DNA from: Flectonema sp. DT1601
Taxonomy: Eukaryota
Assembly (NCBI GenBank): GCA_964019425.1
Contig: OZ025798.1
Coordinates: 1,054,001-1,118,000, forward strand
DNA: 64,000 nucleotides
Reading direction: 5' to 3'
A program made the translations under genes and the position numbers. The notes beneath the pieces were generated by a model that saw only the letters and a list, made by a program, of their open reading frames with translations, was not told the DNA's origin and did no database searches. Within the stretch, counting starts at the first letter, position 1. The number at the start of each line of letters is the position of its first letter. Shown one piece after another: positions 58,012-64,000 of this stretch.

Positions 58012-58190
58012 CGTCTGAATTAGCTACATTGCGAGACTTGGTAGGTGAGTTGGCTGTTGTTGTAGCCTTCGCTGTTTTATACCTCTGTTGTATAGCATGG
58101 GTTAAGTTGTTAACCTTGACATGAAAACTATGAAAGCTTATAGCAAATCTTGTGAAAAAATAAACACAAGAAATACGATTATTTTTTTTT
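58012..58190 (+). pseudogene. Duplicated, frameshifted 3' end of the 57143-57826 gene
   Basis: 58056 onward resembles 57746 onward (gttgtt.tagcctt.gc...ttatac...tagcatgggtta...gttaaccttgacatgaa...cttatagc...aataaacac), offset 310 nt. Confidence 0.7.
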
Positions 58191-58294
58191 AGTATTTTGT
58201 TTTTTTTTTCTTTTGTCTGAATTAACTGCATTGCTACTTACACATTATAAAAATGATTTTCGTCTCACACACTCTAAAAAAGAGCAATTGCAAA

Positions 58295-58326
<32 letters not shown>

Positions 58327-58447
58327 GTAGCTAACTTACTTCTCAGATACAAAAAAAGGCGTTTTCCTTTTTTTTTTTTTCTTTAAGTAGTAGTTGCACG
58401 TGGATTCTAATTTTATATATTCTCAGGGTCGGTGAAAAAAATAAACA

Positions 58448-59266
58448 ATGGACTTCACATTGGGGCTATCGGTTGCGCTGAGGGCATCCTCAATGGGAGT
58501 TGGCTATGCATTAGCATTGAGTCTACTTGGAATATGTAATGGGACATGGTGGGTCACTACATTCGGTATTATAAGTTCAGTTCTACGAGTAATTAACGGA
58601 AGGAATCTCGTTGGTTGCATAGCAGCTGGTGCTCAACTTCTTCAATTACGAGAACTACTTGCGCTGATGTCATCTACAACAATGTCATGGGAGCTACTTT
58701 GCCAAGCACCCTGCATGACTCTTTTCTTAGTAGCAGGAACAATACACGTATTTAGAGATCAGAAACTAGTACTGTTGAAGGCTACCAGTTGCTGGCCTGT
58801 TCTATTACTGCTGGCGCACCTGGTGGATTCAAAACCTTTGTTTGTAGTAGCTGGTTTGTGTAGTCCCGCAGTAGTACTTCCTATTGTGATTACAACAGGA
58901 ACAATTCTCACAGTAAAACCTGAAGAGATAACCGGGGTAGTAGTTGTATCTTTACTCGCATCTACTGGTAATTTTCCACAAGCAATAATACTATTACTGC
59001 TGTTGGTGGACATCTCGTGGATTTCTCATCAGCTTGATATACGCAAGCAGCCTCCAAAGTCTTGTCTCGCTGCATCCCAACCCCCGACAAACGTGAAAGT
59101 TACGTTCAACGTAAACACTGATTTCACTGCGTCAAAACACAAAATTGGACCTCCGCGTAAAAAACCGTCAGCCAAGCGACCGCACCTGGCAGGTTTTAAT
59201 AAAGCTGTACCTGGGATGGGTAGGCACACAAGTTTAGGAGTGCACCACTTAAACAGGTTGTATTAA
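58448..59266 (+). CDS. Hypothetical multi-pass membrane protein with basic C-terminal tail, 272 aa
   Basis: ATG ORF after ttctcag. First ~190 aa are strongly hydrophobic. Confidence 0.7.
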   Translation: MDFTLGLSVALRASSMGVGYALALSLLGICNGTWWVTTFGIISSVLRVINGRNLVGCIAAGAQLLQLRELLALMSSTTMSWELLCQAPCMTLFLVAGTIHVFRDQKLVLLKATSCWPVLLLLAHLVDSKPLFVVAGLCSPAVVLPIVITTGTILTVKPEEITGVVVVSLLASTGNFPQAIILLLLLVDISWISHQLDIRKQPPKSCLAASQPPTNVKVTFNVNTDFTASKHKIGPPRKKPSAKRPHLAGFNKAVPGMGRHTSLGVHHLNRLY

Positions 59267-59284
59267 TAAAAAAGAAAGAAATCA

Positions 59285-60135
59285 ATCAAGGGAGTATTCT
59301 TCCCGTCTTGATTAACTCTATTCGTCGTGGTCTACTTGTTAGATGCTCGAAATTCTTTCTGAATGTGTCCTTAATCGGACAAACCCGTTGTGACAATCAA
59401 TGTAGGACGCACGGTTGTGTTTTCAGAAGCTTGAAATAGTGCGGTATTAAGTGACACTGGGTCCCTAATCACTCGCTCTGTTTGAGATTCGTTACAAATA
59501 CGAATCCACGCATACATAGCATGACGCTGACACATTAAAGTCGGCGGCTACAGCGGGGGATTATCTGAGGTAAAGCATGTCTCGATTTCGTAGCATCCAA
59601 AAAAAGAAACTATATTTTTTGTTATTATTATTAATCTGGTAAATTTAATCAAAATACATAAATAATTATGATTTGTTAAAATAAACACAACAATAATACC
59701 CTTAGAGCAAAAAGGATCGAGGTTCGGGGGTACCGTGTGATTTATCATTTGTCCACAAGAATCTCTATTTCCGTTATCTTTCCTTGTACTGGCTGGGGGC
59801 TGGAATATATGCATCCTCAAAATAATCACAACAAGTCATCTCAAATCTGAATCTTTTGGGCTAGTTAAATAGCTAGATACCTAGTTACACGGAAGCGCTA
59901 TATTTTGTGTTGTTGATGGAACTGTTAAAAAGAAATAACCAAGAGAAGTTTTGTTCGATGGTGGATATCTTCAAGTTTTTATGTCAAAAAAGTTGTTCTG
60001 AACTGTCTTTCCTCAAAGAACCTCTTTTAGACTGAAATGAATAGCTTGAACTGGTTAAGGTCTTTGAAGGTATCCACAGCTGCTTGTACACGAACTGATA
60101 AAGTGAAAAAGTTTTCGTCAACAATGTTTTTCATC
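59285..60135 (-). pseudogene. Possible decayed minus-strand gene or transposon remnant
   Basis: Coding-like frames broken by isolated stops (MKNIVDENFF...FISV*KRFFEE; GCYEIETC...PPL*PPTLMCQRHAMYAWIRIC...SD*GHIQ), with an intron-like AT-rich block at ~59600-59700. Confidence 0.3.
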
Positions 60136-60209
60136 TTTGGCCGCAATAGCGGACTCCGTGATCGTCGAATTTGTTTTTTTTGTCTCTTCTTTGTTCTTTT
60201 TTTTTGTTT

Positions 60210-60320
60210 GAGAAGAAACTATTCAGATTGAAAGCCGATATTTCTTATGGTCATGACATATTTCCCCGTGCGACAGGATTCTGTCTGAGCTCAACGAAAT
60301 ATAAGGCTGATCTGAATAGT
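60210..60320 (+). repeat. Dispersed hairpin-forming element, copy C
   Basis: Perfect 11-bp terminal inverted repeat: actattcagat (60218-60228) and atctgaatagt (60310-60320). Aligns with copies A and B. Confidence 0.85.
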
Positions 60321-61099
60321 CTTGATGTTGGCTTTTTATGAAAAACAGTTTCGTAATGTATGGCACTCTCTCGTACGTTCTTGTTTTTCATTTTCACTTG
60401 CGATACCAATACAATTCAGCTTCTTATGGTTTGAGTTCGGTTTTTTTTAATTTTTTTTTTTATGATTGCACCCTTTTTTGACGTGGTTTTTTTTTTTTTT
60501 TTTTTTTTTCATTCGCAAGAAAGCTGAGTGAGTATTTCAATATTATGAAACTACAATCTTCGCGATTGGGTCCTTACTGATGCGGGCTACCCAGACCCCC
60601 TCGTAGTCATCAGTTTGTATTTTGCTAAAAAAAAAAAAAAAAAAATTTCAATACCATAGGTTTTGGGTAAATTATGAAAGCAATCGACACAAAAAAACGA
60701 AATTAAAAAAGATGTATAGTCCCCATTTTTTCTCTCATGGGAGGACCTCGACTTCAATTCTTATGATATTTTTTCTTTGTTATTGTTGGTTTTTTTATTT
60801 GTTATATGTCAGCATTGTGTTTTTTTTCTTTTTTTTTTTTTAAAAATTTCTTTACGATTGTCACTTCCTTGGGCTGGAAAAAAAAAAAAGCTGCTTTGAT
60901 TAATTTGGATAAGTTCCTCAGGTTGCGCAACACATCACGTATCTGATTCCGGTTGGCAACTAACTGATCTCCGACGGGGTAGTGCGAAAAGATGAATAAA
61001 AAGCGATATTTTGATCCTCCTTATTGAATAGAGGTGTGAAGATATGTTCACATACAGCTTTTTTTTTTTTCTGAATAATTTTCTTTCTTTTAGACATCG

Positions 61100-61850
61100 G
61101 ATTTAGACATCTCATTACCCGTTAGCATTCTTCTGAAATAATGTTCGCCTCCCTGCTACCTACTGTTTTCTGTTGAGCATCGTCAGTAGTAGTGGTTGTG
61201 TAGAATCTCTTTTTCTTATATCTTTCAACCGATCTGTGGGTATTCTTGGCGTTCATTGATAAGCACTATTTTGCGCTTCGTTCTGCAACGACTTGCTTCC
61301 TGAATACCTTCTTGACGATCTGAGAGAACGGCAGACGGTCATATGCGCAACTTTTTGCTCGGAAGATTTGCTATTATTATTTTGTTAATATTATTTAAGA
61401 ATAAGGTGAGCAAGCTTTTAGAGGTACTTTTCTCTCTTATCTTTTTTACGGAATTTCCCTTTTTTAGTAGGAGACGAAACCCAGTTTCCATACATGCTTG
61501 CCGTTTCATCCAAGGTGTTGCATTTCTTTTTCCTCTTCCTATTATTAGGGAGGCAATGAATTTAAGCACTTAATCTTCTTCTGCATTGGTGTGTTGTGGT
61601 TCTTTATGGTGTATTGATGAATTGAGTGTTTTATTTTGTTGTTATTATTTTTGTGACTTGTCTCGAATAATAATATCTGTTCACAGACTTTGAGGATCCG
61701 TTCCTCGCTGGGTTTCAGTTTGATATCCAGATGAAGGGAATTGTCTATTACTGGCTTCCCTTTACAATATTTATCGTTGTTGAAGTTATCCCACCCCATC
61801 TCTTCTCATACTTCGGTTGTATTATTATTCCACATTGAACCAGTGTTGAT
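61100..61850 (-). pseudogene. Possible decayed, intron-containing minus-strand gene remnant
   Basis: Exon-like segments QIFRAKSCAYDRLPFSQIVKKVF...AK*CLSMN... and KKKCNTLDETASMYGNWVSSP..., separated by A-rich aataatag-ending blocks. Confidence 0.25.
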
Positions 61851-61872
61851 TGCTGCCATAAAGCAATACTTT

Positions 61873-61905
<33 letters not shown>

Positions 61906-62122
61906 CATCCCGTATTACCACTTGGTATTGGGGTTGTAGAATATTTAAAGTGTTGGAGGCTTTTAAAAAAAAAGTTTTTTTTTTTAAAAAAAAATACTTA
62001 ATCATTGACAAAGGCATGGAAGTATTTTTGAGATGCGGTAGTAGGGGAGCATACACTGTGATATTTTCTTACGGTAGTTGCCAAACAACGTTCCTATTCT
62101 TGTCAAGAAGCTGACACCAAAA

Positions 62123-64000
62123 ATGCAACCTGTGGATGCCACTACAGTCGGGTCTCTAATTGGATCAGAATGGAAAGTTCATAAGAAATGTTGGAGTTTC
62201 TTAGGACTCGTTGGCCTATCAAAGGCAGGCTCGGAATCAAAACTTCAAAAATACGCTGCCGATGAGAAGTATGTGACAGTACCCCCACTAACAGAAGACA
62301 TAGCTAAAGGAATAGAAGCCTCAGGTGAGAATATTTTTGATTGCTTTCCCGCAGTAAGAAAAGAGTTCATGAGAATTGTTATAAGCAGCAGTCTTAGTAA
62401 TAAAGTACTAATGCGATTTATCGTTTTGGGTTTGCAAGATCCGTGGTCAGCGACTCGAAAACAAACAGCGTCGCTACTGCGAACAGAATTATTAGAAAAC
62501 CATTCTACAGAACTACTTTCAATAATAAAATTATTATCAACCAATAACAGATGGGAAGCAATTGAGGGAAGCTTGCATCTACTTAAGAAAATTTGTAGTT
62601 GTTTGCGTGTTGTGTTTCAACCTCCCTCTCAGAAAGTACTTTTAAAGAATATCACAATGTGTGAGACGACATCCTTGAGAACACTTCCTCTGCGGCTTAC
62701 TAAGAAAACTGTTGAAAGAGTTAATATAATTTTACCTGTGGAGTTGCTGCAATTTGTTATAAACTCTCTCAGTCATTCACAAGATAGTATTCGCGAGATG
62801 TCTTCAAACGTTATTTATGTTCTAATGTCAACATGCACACTCAGCTTCTCTAGAATTCGATTATACAACACAGTCTTATCCAAGGCTTTAACACCATCGC
62901 TGGGAGCTCTTTCTGCTGTTCATTCTTCTATTCAACTGTTTCCGTTAATGTGCATCAAAGATACTTTTTATTTAACTTTTAAACTTTTTGAGTCAACGGA
63001 AAGCTTAGTAAGACACAGAGCTGCAAATATCGCTTCTAAATGTGTAGCAATCAGCAGAGGGCTGTTGCCTGACTGTATATCTTTGTATGTGAGTCAGAGT
63101 CAAAACTGGCAGGTTCAAGAAGCCTGTATGATAGTACTGGAAGATATCTTATTGCAGGAAATTCCAATTTGTCTGTCTGATGTTGAAAAACTAGCTCAGT
63201 GGGTCATTACTGTTAAGAATAGTTACACGGTTGACAGTCCTATGCCTTTTGAAACCGATAGAATGCGAAGCCAACTTGTTCCGCACATAGCCAGAACGTT
63301 CATTCAAAAGATTGACGATGGCAAAACTGCTAAAAAGCAACACTGGTTGTTATCATTGCAATGTGGTGATTTTGAATGGATCTTTTGGACAATTTGGTCT
63401 ACTCGTATCCACAACAAAACATCACTAGTTTCTCACATTGTCAGCAGTGAAGGTACTAATGAAGTATTAAACAGTAAGCCTACTAGTAAGGATATATTCT
63501 GGAAAGCATCGGTGAAATTATCCTTAATAGAGACTATGTCAGATAACAACGACAACAACAGACTTCGATACCAACAACAGCTTCTAACTGAATTGAAGGA
63601 GGTAATAAAAAATCATCAACACCATCCTCAATTGGAACACGTTTTTGTACGTCTTTTACCTGTTGCAATTCCTCACATAATACGAGATTGTCATTCAAGT
63701 TTAATCGATATATTACTGTTACTACTTTGTTACTATTCACAAGCTAATGCACAAGTTAATATATTGACGGCTTTAAAACGAATTGCAGTGATGTCTGAGG
63801 CGGGTGATGATTCTATCGTTCATTTTGATTCTGGTGTTGTACAAAATATAACGTGCTTAACCAACTCTTATGAGCAGTCTTGGGGTACTGTTAGGACTCC
63901 TTCTCTTTCAATTAACGTATTGGGTAATGACTCATCTAAATCTAGTAGCCGTAAAAGGATATTTGATCGCTGCTGTGAGGTGCTATCAGTTGAGGGTTCA
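62123..64000 (+). CDS. HEAT/ARM-repeat protein, 3'-partial (absent from the ORF track because no stop lies in the window)
   Basis: Hand translation from ATG 62123 (MQPVDATTVGSLIGSEW...) is stop-free for 626 codons. HEAT-like motifs LGLQDPWSATRKQTA, RWEAIEGSL, LSHSQDSIREMS, ESLVRHRAA and NWQVQEAC. Confidence 0.85.
   Translation, partial: MQPVDATTVGSLIGSEWKVHKKCWSFLGLVGLSKAGSESKLQKYAADEKYVTVPPLTEDIAKGIEASGENIFDCFPAVRKEFMRIVISSSLSNKVLMRFIVLGLQDPWSATRKQTASLLRTELLENHSTELLSIIKLLSTNNRWEAIEGSLHLLKKICSCLRVVFQPPSQKVLLKNITMCETTSLRTLPLRLTKKTVERVNIILPVELLQFVINSLSHSQDSIREMSSNVIYVLMSTCTLSFSRIRLYNTVLSKALTPSLGALSAVHSSIQLFPLMCIKDTFYLTFKLFESTESLVRHRAANIASKCVAISRGLLPDCISLYVSQSQNWQVQEACMIVLEDILLQEIPICLSDVEKLAQWVITVKNSYTVDSPMPFETDRMRSQLVPHIARTFIQKIDDGKTAKKQHWLLSLQCGDFEWIFWTIWSTRIHNKTSLVSHIVSSEGTNEVLNSKPTSKDIFWKASVKLSLIETMSDNNDNNRLRYQQQLLTELKEVIKNHQHHPQLEHVFVRLLPVAIPHIIRDCHSSLIDILLLLLCYYSQANAQVNILTALKRIAVMSEAGDDSIVHFDSGVVQNITCLTNSYEQSWGTVRTPSLSINVLGNDSSKSSSRKRIFDRCCEVLSVEGS

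Noticed and set aside
59285..60135. Possible stop-codon reassignment suggested by in-frame TAA/TAG in minus-strand remnants
   Set aside because: Intact genes end in TAA, TAG and TGA and contain no internal stops, so the standard code applies.
60210..60320. Hammerhead ribozyme, SECIS or riboswitch identity for the repeated element
   Set aside because: I found no CUGANGA/GAAA core, SECIS quartet or known aptamer consensus on either strand.

Overview
AT-rich eukaryotic (protist) genomic window. About 19 protein-coding genes all lie on the + strand, with 15 short (65-80 nt) GT-AG introns that I could place by hand. The co-directional layout, pyrimidine-rich AG sites upstream of start codons and protein content suggest a euglenozoan, probably a diplonemid (inference). 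Recognisable genes: a SAM-KH-half-DEAD-box protein, a NEK kinase, a highly divergent axonemal dynein heavy chain, a Ser-to-Gly alpha/beta hydrolase, a 2403-aa protein with a ~80-aa Trp-Trp repeat, a possible divergent kleisin, kinesin-14, a ubiquitin-like-domain/CDK1-like fusion and a HEAT-repeat gene running off the window end. The strongest candidate for an undescribed system is a 1967-aa protein fusing a TRPM-type SLOG (LSDAT) domain to two SLATT 2TM modules, an architecture known from prokaryotic nucleotide-signalling conflict systems, here with an added N-terminal MG motif and a ~1000-aa helical-repeat tail. A ~110-130 bp hairpin-forming element occurs three times. All domain calls come from motif recognition by eye; no database searches were run.
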